Positions 36,778 through 50,484 of a stretch of DNA of 64,000 nucleotides are shown here, in pieces. The notes below the pieces were generated by a model. That model worked only from the letters and a program-made list of their open reading frames with translations. It had not been told where the DNA came from and did no database searches. Source of the DNA: Lama guanicoe (Eukaryota). Where the stretch lies: contig MU053365.1 of NCBI GenBank assembly GCA_013239625.1, forward strand, positions 1,894,115 through 1,958,114, given 5' to 3'. The first letter of the stretch is position 1, and each line of letters starts with the position of its first letter. A program made the translations under genes and the position numbers.

Positions 36778-39180
36778 AGCCCATTTTCTAATTGGATTTT
36801 TAAATTTTGTTCACTGTTGAATGTCAAGAGCTCTTTATACATTTTAGATATAAATCTTTTGTCAGGTAACGTGATTTACATTTTTTCTCAGTCTGTAGCT
36901 TATGTTTCAACATTATAGTATCTTTCACAGAGCAAAAGGTATAATTTTGATGAGGTCCAGTTCATCAATTTTTTCCTTTTATGGGTCATGCTTTTGCTGT
37001 CAGGTCTAAGAACTTTTCACCTGGTCTCAGGCACTGAACATCTTCTCTAAAATTATATGGTTTTAAATTTCAATCTGATTTGTTTTACCTTTTGCATAAG
37101 GTATGAGATTTGGGCCAAGGTTCTTTTTTTATTATAGAAGTGTCCAGGTGCTCTAGGACCATTTATTAAAAAGGCTATTCTTCCTCCTTGACATTGCTTT
37201 TTCATCTTTGTCAAAAATAGTTGGGAGGAATATTGGTTTGAGTCCGTTTCTGGGTTCTTTATTCTGTTCCATTGATATACGTGTGCATACCTCAGCAAAC
37301 ACCATGCTATCTGCATTATTGTGACTATACATTCAATCTTAATACAAGTACTCTCTTTGCAGCTTTGTTATTCGCATAATACTTGCTTCACAAAATGAGA
37401 TGTTAAATGTCTTCATCCTCTTCCATTTTGTGGTAGAGATTGTAAATTGGGTACAATTTTCCAGCGAAATCATGTAGGCATGGGTAGTTCTGTTTCAGGA
37501 GCAGAAATACAAATTCAATCTCTTTATTGGTTAAAGGACTAATTATATTGCCTATATAACCTTTTCAAAGAATTGATTCATTTCTTCTAAGTTTTCAAAT
37601 ATAGGAGCATATAGTTAACAACAGTATCTGCCTATCATCCGCTGAATGGCTGCCGGATCTGCAGTGACATTCCTGGAATCATCCCCGGCACTGGTTGTTA
37701 GGTCATGTCTAATTTGCTCTTTGTCTTGCTAAAGGCTTATCAGTTTTACTGATTTAAGAAATAGTTTCATTCCCATTGATTTTCTTTATTTTATTCTTCC
37801 TTTCAATTTCATTGATTTCTGCTCATAATTATTTCCTTCCTCCCACCTGCTTTGGGTTTATTTTCTTCTTTTTTCCCCCTATATGCTTTAGGTAGGAACT
37901 TAGGGCTCTGATTTGAGACCTTTCCTTTTTTCTAAGGTAAGCATTTGATGCTATTAATTTCACTCAGTGCTGCTTTAACTGCTTTCCATTTATTTTGATG
38001 TCTCTTCCTTTTCATTCAGTTCAATGTCTTTGTTTTTTTAATTTTCCTTGAGACTTTGTCTTTGACCCACAGATTATTTATAAGTGTGTTGTTTAATTTT
38101 CAATTGTTTAGGGGCTTTCCTGTTGTCTTTCACATTTACAGATTTCTAGTTTGATGCTTAGAACATATATTCTGTAAGATTTCAATCTTTTAAATTTGCT
38201 GAAGCTCATTTTATGGCAAAGCATACAGTCTATATTGGTATATATTCTAGACACTTGAAATAAATATGTGTTCTGCTGTTGCTGAGTGGAGTGTTCTATA
38301 TATATAAATTAGACACTGTTGGTCATTGCTCTGTTCAGTTATTCTTTGCTGATTTTTCGTCTAGTGGTTCTGTCAGTTGCTGAGTGTTACACATGTTTGA
38401 AGTCCAACTATAACTATGGCTTAGTCTGTGTCTCCTCAGAACTCTGTTGGGATTTGCTTTGAGTATTTGGAAACTCTGTTGTTAGCTGGAAACACATTCA
38501 GGATACTTGTATCTTTGTGATGGATTGATACTGTTATAATCATGTAATGCCCCTCTTTGTCTTTAGTAATTTTCTTTGCTAAAATGTCTACTTATCTGAT
38601 ACTAATATAGCCATTCTTGCTTTTTGTTTTTAATTCTGGCAAAATACAGATAACATGAAATTTGTTATCTTAACCATTTTAAGTGCACATTCTCAGTAAT
38701 ATTAAGTGCATTTATTTAAGCAATCTCAAAACTATTTTCACCTTGCAAAACTGAAAGTCTCTAGCCACTAAACAACAATTCCTGAGTCCTCCTCCCTCCA
38801 GTCCCTAACAGTCTCTATGAATTTAACAGTTCCAGGTACATCATATAGACTGTGTAAGAATAGCTTCTCTTTTTTAAGGCTAAATAATATCCCATTGTAT
38901 GTACAGACCACATTCTTATTCATTCACCATTAAGCACTTGGGTTGCTTCCATCATTTGCCTATTGTGGATACTGCTGCTATGAGCATGCGTATCAAACAT
39001 ATCTTCAAGACCCTGCATACAGATTCTTTTGTGCATATATCCTGAAATTGAATTGCTGGCTCATATAGTGATTCTATTTTTAATTTTTTGAGAAACCCTC
39101 ATCTGTTTTCCAAAGTGGCTGCACCAATTTATATTCCCATGAACAACACACAAGTGTTCCCATTTCTCCACATGGCCTTG
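36778..39180 (-). mobile_element. Continuation of L1 (ORF2 remnants) plus a further nested L1 3' end
   Basis: Resumes at CCCATTTTCTAATTGG after the PUS3 retrocopy, with TATTCTGTTCCATTGAT and similar motifs. Confidence 0.8.
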
Positions 39181-42100
39181 TGCTGAGATTGAGTGCTCGG
39201 GGTTGCTGGAGAGTTTTTCTTAATGTTTGTTTGCTGTCTTTTAGCTTTCGGGCTGTCCCTGTGTGCCTGCTCCGTGCTTTTGCCAGTCACCCACCACTGA
39301 GTGCAGCCGCTCGTTATTCCCTGATCGCTCAGCAGTATGGACAGAGTGTCCTCGATTCTCCTCATCCACCCTCAGTGTCAGGTAGGCCCTGTAAGCCCAG
39401 TCCTCACGGGTGGGTCCTTCGGTGTTCCCAGCCTTAGTCCCCATCAGAGCCAGATGCTCTCTCGTTATGGGTCTGTTGTGGGAGATACATCCCACCTCAT
39501 TTCCAAGTAGTAGATGCTTACTGCGTATTTGCATCACCTACAAATGCATATTTTCATTTTTGGCAGGAAATTATGTCTGGTAATCTTGGGAGAAGGCAAG
39601 GTTCCAGGCCTGAATGCACATGTAATTGTGTGCTTTTAGTGGAAACATCAGCATGGCCTGTGAAGTCCCTACAGTGTCGCACTTGGTTGGAAATTGCTAC
39701 TTTGGATACTGGTGGATGCACTAGTAACTGAGAGCTATTAGTGTTGTCATTATTACTGTCTGCAACACCCCAGGAGGGTGGCATTTGTCACTAGCTGCTA
39801 TAGCTGGAGTCTTCTCTGATGGAATGTGTTTGGTAAATAAAGTTCTATTCAATCACTGATGATTTTATTTGCACATATGTGCCTGGAAAATATCACCAAA
39901 GGCAAAAGACCAGTGCATGCTGCCAGTGGGCATAATAAATGAACTGAGTAGGGCAATCTTGCTAAAAAGCAACAGAAACCTGGAAACACCTTTTCCTCAT
40001 TTCTGTCATAAGGTTATATCTACCTTGAGCATTATCAGGATAAGATAGAAGAATCAACCTGGCCTGCCTGCAGAAAAAAATGGCCTCAAATACATAGAAA
40101 CTACTAGGCAGAAAATCGGAAAAATAGAAAAGTTGTACTCAGCACTTACCATGCCGCAAGCACTCTTTTGGGTGCTGGCAACAATTATACCTCGGAAATG
40201 ACTACTGAGTAACTTCTTAATTAAAAAGAAATAAAGTTCTTCAAGGGCCCCTGAATTTCACCTAAATTTCTAGAATTCTTTAAAGCTGCCATAATAGCCA
40301 ATTCACAAAAGTGTGATGCGGCCCCTCAATCTTTGGCTCAACCCTATTCCTTTGTTTCCCTTAATCTGGCTGAGCCAGGCTTCCATTTTGAAAAGGAACC
40401 CATGTTCACAATTAAGGGAGGAAATATGTAAGACTAAGCTAGGAAGGAAAAACTTGCCAAGTTTCTATTCCAAACACTGTCACATTTGAAGGACTTCTAC
40501 AACTTCCCAGGCTTCTGACCTCTGCTTTCTACTCTCTCACCTCTTTGCCATCTTATTCACCACTCCCCAAGTGTCAGTCAGCTGCTCGCATCATCATCCC
40601 CTCAGAGAAACACAGAGGCAACCATGTTTCAACTACGTGACTTGTCTTTTGACTTTCTTTTGGTCTCCAAACAAAGAACTGACTTTTCCCACAGGCAAGT
40701 GGCAAGATGGTGATTTTTTTGTTATCAGTTATCACAATCGTTATGAATAATTTTATTTCCTTCCAAATTTCTGATAGCATTTATAATTAGATGTTACCAC
40801 ATTATCCATTTTGATTACCTTTTCAATGTGCTAATGCTTAGATTAATTTCAATCTATATTTTCAATCCCATGATTTATGTTGCTAAATTTAATAATTCAT
40901 TTGTCATGGTTCCTTTTGTTTTGTATTTTAACTTTTTAAATTGCATCTTTACTTCACTTGCTTTTATTCATTCTTTAATGGAGAAACTTCTTTTTGACTA
41001 TGGATTTTCTCATATGTACAGTTTGCCTTCACTGAGTGATACTATTAATACTGAAGTGCTTACTATGTACCACTTTTATAAATATTTTACATACATTTAT
41101 TTAATCCTCCAATAACCTGAATAGGAAACTGCACAGAGGTGTTACATTTTCTCATATTTACCCAAGATCACACAAGTAGTGGATGGCAGAGCCAGGATTG
41201 GAATTCAGGCAATCTGTCTGGAGATACAGTCCTCCAAATCACCATAATTTTAGAATTAATCTATAGCATTTCCTGTGTTTCCCTTTGCCCCATGGAAAAT
41301 TCTGGCTGGGACTTGATACCAAATTATGTCATTCTGGTACAAATCAAGATAAATAGCAATATACAATACCCTTGAGTCTTCATAAACTATTAACATCTTC
41401 ATTTTGAAAACCTAACTATTTTTCCACAGGAAGACTATTTCTTTTAAAGTATGACCATAAGTAACTATTTTGTGGAAATCTTAACACAAAATAATAATTG
41501 TTGGATTAGTTTTAAAACTTTCATTTCTCTCCACTTCTCACTTCAGACCCTGAAACTTTCCCTGAATACCCTCAATACATACAATAATATGTCATTAGGC
41601 AGCCTTATCCAACTTTTAAGAACAATTTGTTTCAAAGTAAGCTCTCAAAAATATTTTGAATGAATATATTGCTGAATTTTGAAAAGCAAACTTTTAATAA
41701 TCAGAAGCAGGGAGATATTTCCAGTCTTAAAATAATTCAGACATTTTTGCCTCTTAAAATTAACTTCCTATCAAATCCCCATCTTGGAGAATTATGAAGC
41801 TAATGATCCAGATTATATAGGTAATATATCCTTCAAAAAATCAACAACTTTGCAAAGAAGCTAAATGAAGGTTTTTGTGATGAATGGCATCCAAAACATT
41901 TATCTTCTCTAGGTAAAAAAGAACCTACAGTTGAATATACAGATTTATAAATCAGTTCACACGGGATTCAGTTGAATAAGAACAACAACTCAGCAAATAT
42001 TACCACTTACCCTCACATGCGTATGCCAAGATATGGTAAGGGTCAACATTGCTATACATATATTTTGTCCTTTCACTTAATCTGTGTTCTCTTAGGGGGT

Positions 42101-43374
42101 TGTATTTGTGCATTATAATGATAGTGTGACTATTCAAAGACTTTTTAGGATACTATAACTTAATCCAACTTATTCTATTATTATTACTACCTCCAAATTA
42201 TACCTTCCTGACATATTACTTTAAAAAGTTTCTTAAAATTATACACAGTTTGCCTAAAACCAGCATTTACAACACTGTTTACAATGTTTTATGTAAATAT
42301 CAAAACAGGGAGACCTGGGGACTGACACTTCAGGCACATAAAATATGTCATGAGATTTCTTTCCTGTTACTTCCTTTGTGCTGTATTGGGAAATCCCTCT
42401 GGTACCACCCAGAAAAAAATTTGCTACCCTTCTTGTCTTTACCATTATCATTTCACTATTTGCTCTATTCCAAGCCAATATTGAATAGAAATTGAAAATG
42501 AGTATACTCAAAATTAGTCCTTCAACTCAGCCTGTTTTTTTAATATCAGAGAGTGGACAGAACTAAAACATCAATCAATGCTAAGTCAATAACACTTGGA
42601 AGAAAATGTTCTGTTTCTTGCTTCCCTAATCATCCGTCTTCTAATTGCTTCCTGAACAAAGTCTGACTTTGAAGACCATGTGTGATCTTCATTTTGACTT
42701 TATCTTGAGTCAAATCAGAACTTTCATACATGTGATATGTCAGCTCCCACTAATTGAAAAAGGAATTTGGAAAATGGCAGCCTAAGTGCCCCTAACCAAG
42801 GGCGTGGTGACTGTGTCTCAGCTTAGCCCAGTGGACTTGCTTCCCACAGCCCCACAGAAGTCAAATATCTGACCTCAGACAGCTGCTGCAAGTCACTGTC
42901 ACCCAAACCTGTGTGTTGCGGTGTGTTTCTTTCTGGCACGTAGACAGTCATGCCTTACCTTGAAGCATTTTGAATGGTGGAAGTTTCCTATTCATCTTAC
43001 AGCATTGCATTTGAATCTCTGTATTGCATTTTCTGAAGGATTATTATTCAAAACTTATTCTGAGCATTCCTGTAGTACTTTACTCCATAAATATTCTGTC
43101 AGCCAAACAACATTCTCTGTTTTCAGTACCACATCCATTATTCACATTCAAAACGGCACTGAAGATAAGGTTCAGCATTCTGGTGAATCTTGGCTTGTAG
43201 TGAGCACCAGCCTTAAACGTTTCTCCTGTACTTTGTGTGCATAGGCCTGAGCTTCGTCATTCTACCAAGATATTAAAATACACACAAGGGACTAAAAACT
43301 TCACTATTTTTAACAATCATAGTGATAATTCATTCCAAACAAGATATTTATATAGTCTTAGATTATCCTCCAAA

Positions 43375-44340
43375 AATTTTATGTTAATATCAAAGGTAAA
43401 ATAGTAACCACATGTTGAAAGAACTTAGCAAACACCAATTTAACTAAATGATTAAGATGAATGCCACTAACAAAAGAGAAACTGATATCTACTATACCTA
43501 CTGATAGGATGTATGGAGAAGAACACAGCCTCTTTCTGGTATTGTTCCTGCCAAAACTGTATAACCTAAATCTATCATGAGGATATGTCAGATAAAGCCA
43601 TATAAAGAGACATTCTACAAAGCAAGTAGCCTCTATTCTTCCAAAAATTTCAATGTCAGTGTTGTAGAGATTGAAGAAGATTGAAGAAACATAACTAAAT
43701 GCAATGAGTGATCTCAAGTGGGTCCTGAATGAGGAAATGTAACTATAAAGGTTATTATTTGGATGTGGTCAAATTTGAATATGGACTTTGAATTAGAAGG
43801 ATCAGAAAACTTGTTCAGTATAGGATCAAACATTAAATATTTGTAGCCTTGTGGATCACATGGTGCCTGTTATAACTACTCAAATCTGTTGTAGTAGCTC
43901 CACAACAGTCATAGACAACACATGGTTGTATTCCAGTAAAACTATTCACAGCAACCAGCAGCAGTGGTCCATGTTTGACCTGAGAGCTGTAGTCTGCAGA
44001 TCCCAAAATTAGAGAAGAGTATTGTATCAAGGTTACATTTCCTGATTTTGGTAATTTTACTATATTTCATTGTTCTCAGGACACACCTCCTGAGGGATTT
44101 AGGGATTTAGAGTAATGATTTATAACATGTGTGACTGAACTCTTAAATGGTTTGGGGGAATAAATATTAGGTTTACATATTATGATACATAATATATATA
44201 CATATATAGAGAGAGAAAGAATGAGTAAATGAAAGAAGGAAAATGTGATAAAACACTGGTGAATCCAGTGAAGAATAAAGGAAATTCCTAGTACTACACT
44301 TGCAACTTTCTGTAAATTTGAAATTGTGCAAAAATAAAGT
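43375..44340 (+). mobile_element. L1MC-like 3' end with a nested MER58A (~43800-44005)
   Basis: ATAACCTAAATCTATCATGAGGA, AAATTTGAATATGGACT and TGCAACTTTCTGTAAATTTGAAATT. MER58 motif GTATTCCAGTAAAACT. Confidence 0.7.
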
Positions 44341-45584
44341 TTATTGGAAAATCTAAATTTAAAAAATCAATGTGCATACCAGATGGATGTTTATTTTGTC
44401 ATTGGTTTTCTAAACCTACATAGTCAATCCATCATTTTAAGCTGTTCTTTCTGTCACTCACAATAGCTATACTTACATTAAATATTTTAAAATTCATTTT
44501 TAAAATGTCTTCACTCAACACGCCATCTATCTGTGGCTCTGTTTTTGTGACTCAGAGAAATGTTCTTAAACTTAGCTTTGAGGGAGCATAGTTGAAAGAA
44601 ATTTGTGGCATCAGAGGAACTGCACTTGAGCTTTATCTATGTTTCTTATTAGCTGCGCTTATAGGCAGGTCACTTAACTTCTTAGTTTACTCATTTATAC
44701 CTGTCATAGTGTTGTTCTGAGCATTGAGATAATGAATACGACGATGCTATAAAATCCATGAAGTGCTATACACAAGAGAGATGCCCTCATTTATAACAAC
44801 TAGATTTTCTAAGCTAAAGAGCAAATGTATAATATACCACTGCATTGATGTATGCTTTTAAAACATCAGATGAATTTCCTTCTATGAAACCAAAAATTTT
44901 GAGATAAGATATCAAACTAGCATGGGCTTCCTTTCCGAACCCAACCAAAGAGGCAATGAAGAAGTCAGGATATTGACAGAACACAATCCTACGCTGTATA
45001 CCTGAAATAAATGTGTGAGAAATCCTTAGAGACATATGGAAAGTGTTTGGGTCTCAGCATGGAGGGGAAATGACTAGTTGAATTGGAAAGGGTAAAGGAC
45101 CCAAGGCAGGAGGATAAACTGGGGGAGATGATTCTATTTGTACCCACTATTATCCTTCACATTGTCCTGGAGAACCCCAAGATAGGGATGTGATCAAGGT
45201 GAGCTCAGCCAGACACAGAACTGGGACATTTCTCAGTTGCACTTCCAAACCTAGGTATCTACTTACTGTCCAACACTAGTCGCAGGGCACTCAGAACCCT
45301 CATAAAACAGAATACATGTGGAAAAAGCAATAAAATAAACAAAAGCACAATTATTAAAAGAGTGTTTAAGCCTGGACACATGGATTTGCACCTGCTATGT
45401 TAAATGTGGGGCCATCAAAAGAGTCTCTAATATTGAATAAACAAAAAATTCCAACAGTATCCTGCTTTTAAAAGATACATTTAACAAAAATAGAAAATTG
45501 TTGTAAATAAAGACAGGGAAATAGATGAGGCACATATAAACCACAAGATCTAACACCACACATAAACAAGTTCCTTGAACATGG

Positions 45585-46100
45585 TGCAAATGATGCAGTT
45601 TTTAAACATGACCACAGATTATTGGAGACTCCTTCATTCAAGAGATCAACTCTATTTCCCCTCTCCTTGAATATGGGCTAGCTGGGGATGGCTTCAGTCA
45701 AAAGAATACTATGGATGTCACTCTATGTGCCTCTTATGTCATAAAATTATAAGTCAAGCAGATTCTAAGTCTCTAGGTTTCTTAGATCTCCGGATGCTTT
45801 CTCTTGGAACCCAGCTGTCATGACGTAAGAAACCTAAGCCAAATGGAGAGTCCACGTGCAGTAACTACATACAGTCCACTGTCCCAGCTAAGCCCCACCT
45901 TCAATACATTGCAGTCTAGGTGCAAGACGTATGAGTAAAGAAGCCTTCAGGTGACTGCAGCCCCCATCACTGAATTCTTACAATATGAGGCCCCAAATAT
46001 TGTGGAGCAGAGATAAAGTCATTCCTACTGTAAGCTGTCTCAATTCATATCCAACAGCAATCTTGAACATAATAAAATGTTTATTTTTTATGTGGCAATA
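45585..46100 (+). mobile_element. MaLR LTR (MLT1F/H-like)
   Basis: TCTATTTCCCCTCTCCTTGAATATGGGCT, CTCTTGGAACCCAGCTGTCATG and AATAAAATG. Confidence 0.65.
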
Positions 46101-47677
46101 CATACCAAAACCAAAAAAAATCTTGCAATATAATAAAGGAGGGTAAAATTCATAGATGTGTTGAGGAAAAACCACTAAATAAACCAGGTATAAATTCAAA
46201 TGTAAACAATGAGATCCTTTGAACTTAAGAACAAGGGGAGACGTATCTGTCAAGACTATGGAATATATCTAAAGCACAACTTATGGAGAAATTCATAGAT
46301 TTGAATTTTTTATTAGAATATGTGGAAAAATAAAATATTCAACTAATTAAGCTTGAAAAAATATCAAGAGAGTAAATTCAAAAAGAATAAGAAGGTGTAA
46401 AGTGCAATTCAGGGCAAAACAAATGAGATAGAATATAAAATAGAAAAGAATTAACAAAACAAGTAAACAAAATGGAGATCAAAAGTGAGCTCATATAATT
46501 ATATTGGGTCTGGCCAGATGATCCAGGATAACCTCCCTATTTTAATACCACTGACAAGAACCTTAATTACAGCTGCAAAGTCCACTTTGGCACGGAAATT
46601 AACATATTCATGGGAGAGAGAGGAGAGAGAGAAGGTCAGGGGGCCAAAATTCTGCCTAAATTCTGCCTCCCACGTCCACAAGGGCTGTTAGCCTCCTCAA
46701 CTTCTAATGTCTATCTTGCAAGCATCTTATCAAAAACTTCCAACCCCTTCTCATGAAGGTTAAATGTTTGTGCTGCCATCTATTATGATTTTTTCATATC
46801 TTTAGATCTTAGAAAAAGCTTTGTGTATTAGTTTTGTATGACCTTCTGCTCTTCTGCTTCAGAGGCTGAGGACTATGTCTTACTTTTCTCTGAAGCATCT
46901 CCAATGTCTAACACTGCGATCAGTGTCCTGTGAATAATCTCTAAATGTTTACTTAGTGAGGAGACAGTGTTGCTTAATGGGCTTTGATATAAAGCAGCCC
47001 TGCGTTTAGAATGATGGTACCACTACTTACTAAGTGCATGAAGAGCTGTAGGATGTGGAAGATATTTAGGCGTTTAATCTGACACCCGAATCCATCACAT
47101 TAGGATAATGCCACTTCTCCCTTGTAAACAGCCATTCTTAAATGAGAAAACAGCTGGATTTTACTTCTATCCTTCAAACATTTTTATTATCTTCTAATGC
47201 TTAAGCCATGTGCCTTTTAATGGATATTTAGTAGTAAATAATACTGCCTCTTTCCTCTTGGCGTTCACAGCCTAGAAGGGGAAATACACGCTTAGACTAC
47301 TATGTACTTTTAATGCCTGGTGTGGGAACCAATTTGATACTCTTTATGAGTTGCTGGCCCATGTATGGTAAATACCAGTGAACTCCATGTAAAATTTGCA
47401 AGCTTCCCTCACAATATTTCCAGAGAATTCCTAGCACACTCTGTTCTACACCTGATTGTGCTCCTCTGACCTACCATGTGTTTATCTAGTCACCTGCCTT
47501 AGTAGTTAATGACACTCCCCACGGTCCTCTTGGATTAATGCTTCCGATCAACTGCCTATTTGGTTCTTAACCTCAGCTTTAGTCCTTAATGCTGCTTTTC
47601 AAATCACCCTTGTTCCCATGCTCTGCAGGAAAAGGGCTTTCCTGTCCCCATACTACAGTGAAACCCATCTCTGGGAC

Positions 47678-48199
47678 TGTCGGTGGGGTAGATTCTCCCT
47701 CTCCCTGTCTTGCATTCTTCTGGCCAGAGTGACAATAAAGTTGATACAAGACAAATTAACAGGAGAAAAAGAAACAAGTTTTAATTCATGCGTATGGAGC
47801 TGTCATAGAAATGGGACCTAAGAAGTGGTAGACAGCGTTTATACCTTTTAGACAAAGAACAAATCTGTGAGGAATACGCAGGACCAAGGAACTTGGGTTT
47901 TGGGTACCCTATTAGTGAGAAATCTAAACAGAGTTTGGGCTTGGGGTTACAAAGAAGTCACAAGGTTTATACAGGCTTCTTGGCCCACATGCCCTGCCTT
48001 TGGTGATAAGGTTATTCTTCTACCTCCCGATGCAGGGAGGGCACCTTTCATGTGAGAGATTTATTTCCTGATTTCAGGGAGACATGAGGGAGGGTCAGAG
48101 TGCCCCTCCTGCACTGGCTGTTTCTTAAGTAACTTTAATTCAAAATAATCAATATGCCATTGAGATGAATTTAGGGGCAGCCTACCCTGGGCCCCAACA
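47678..48199 (-). mobile_element. Solo ERV1-class LTR
   Basis: TG...CA termini and the AATTCAAAATAATCAATATGCCA motif typical of MER4/MER41-group LTR ends. Confidence 0.75.
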
Positions 48200-50130
48200 G
48201 ACACATCAAGGCTTGGGGCCTTGCATTCTACAGAGAAATACTGACCCTTGGGATAGAGATGCCAAGGTTCCATTTCTCTTGTCCCACACTGATCAATGGA
48301 TTTTTGTTCCCTTCCCAACCCTTCTTTCCTCATTAATCAAGATAAAATTGTATTATGAAGCAAAGGCTCAAATTTGAGAGAAAGTGCTAGAAGATCACAG
48401 GGACTCTGGCCTCCAGATACTCTAAGCACTGCTCTCATGTTGTTCTATTGGCAGCATTCACACCTGGACAAGCTTGCCTCATTTTCCACAGAAATGACTC
48501 CACTGACGTCTGACTTGATGTGACACTCATCATTTCAGGAGAACCCCTTTGAGAAGCATCCACTGGAAACCTGAAGCTGGAGATGAGGATTCCCCTACAC
48601 CCCTCTTCTTAGAATTCAGTGTCAAGAAAACAGTTGTTTCGGTAGTTTAAATTCTTTGCTTCTTTTCATCAGAAAATCACACAATATCACCCAATGGATC
48701 CTGCTTCTTGTTTGGGCTGCTACATTGATTGCTCAGTTTCTATACTTCATTCATTCCAGATTCCAACTTGATTCTCTCTCTCCTCTTTTGCAATAGGTTC
48801 TCATATGTACATGAATTTGTATGTGGATTTACTCATATTTTTTTGCATTTTAACTGCACTTATCAAGAAATATTTTCACACAGTGTCCTAATCCTTTTAG
48901 AATTAGGCAAGGTGTAATTTATAAGTAATTTAAATCACTTAAATAGAATCTGGAAGATGAGTTATTCCCATCACAACCTCTTATCAAATCCACCAACTCA
49001 TAAACTATGGATCTCGTTTACTCCATAGCCCAAATTAACACTTGTTCCCACAAAGAAATAAGTGATAAAAGTACTAAGTTCTTTATAGCCAATCTCAGGA
49101 TGCAAAAAAAAAAATGTAGATTCATGAGCTCATTCTTCAATAGTGAGTTTTGAAATACCTTGGCCGATCTAGACGGCTCTATACAATGTAACTATGAGGA
49201 TTCAAATGGTGAGAGTCAAGTGATGTATAAAGCAATTCCTTCCAAATGAACCTGCAGTGACTACCTAGGTCTTCGCTCTTTTGAGCCTTTGATCTTCACA
49301 CCAGAAATGACTTAGCCTGCACTTTAATAAGGTTTGGCCTAAAATTATGCCCTAAAACTCTAGCCAGGGGTAAATGCAAATACCGCTAAGCTCAACCTTC
49401 AGCCCCCCACCCGCCCCAGCTATATTTCTGAAGATGAGAGGCATTGTGAATTTTCCCCAATTATTAGTCCAATATTTTTTTCAAAAAATATGCTGAGCTC
49501 TAATATCTAAAACAGGAAAAAGCAAAACTGCCCAAGTTGAAACACAGGTAAGAGTCCCTGAACCCTGGTTCTAACAGGTCCCGGGTTTGGCCATCTCTGT
49601 TCTGATGGCTCATTGTTCTTGGTGCATTTGGTACTTCTGGGAAGAATGATGATCAGTCAGAGAGCCTAACCCAGCACCCAGGAATTCGTGTGTTCATGCA
49701 GAGATGAACATGCAGGACAGGAACCTAAACAATGTTAAATAAGTTATCTGACCTCTCTGAATCTCTAAAATAAGTTAAACAAAAGTGACTGCCTTATGGG
49801 ACTAAATGAAGTGCTGTGTATATGGAGGCACAGAAGATGCTTAATAACTTTTAGGAGACAATAAAAATAAAACAATATTCTGCAAAATCTGTCATTAAAT
49901 TATAGACATGTTACAGTTAACATCATAATTCATCACTATTTTCAGTGTAAGGTTAAAAATCACTAAATATGAGCTGCAACTATTTTCTGATTCTATTAAG
50001 ATAAACTATATAAACTATATTACATAATATATAAACATTGTATATATTTAAGGTATACAGTGTGATGATTTGATATACCCAGACATTGTGAGATGATGAC
50101 CACAATCAGCTTAATTAGCACATGCATCAC

Positions 50131-50484
50131 TGTGATGAGAAAACAGCTATTTTGAGTTGTTGCTTAGGCATTTTATAGTATGGGTGTTGACAATTCTGTT
50201 CACACCCAGAGTGTGGTCATTTCAATAAGGACCTCAGTTTAGGATTACTGCCCCAAGTTCCTGCTTTGATTTTCCTGGGACATCTTTTCAAATAACCTCT
50301 TAGACTTGAGCCCCCGAAACAATAGTAAGCTCCACCCCAGCCACCTTGTATGTAATAGGTGCTTGCTCCCTGGCTCTCCATCTCCTGCTCGCTCATGACC
50401 TGGGATGGAGGACTGCCCTTCCCCTGGCTCATTTCCAGGGATTGTTCTGCCATCACTATTCATACTAGGGGGTTTTGGGGTCAC
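50131..50484. mobile_element. Probable solo LTR
   Basis: TGTGATG...GGGTCACA termini and LTR-like composition, directly after a short L1 3' fragment (~50010-50130). Confidence 0.5.

Noticed and set aside
39180..39540. CpG-containing stretch with ORFs on both strands
   Set aside because: Probably an old L1 5'-region remnant next to L1 sequence. It is too small for a CpG island and no protein was recognised.
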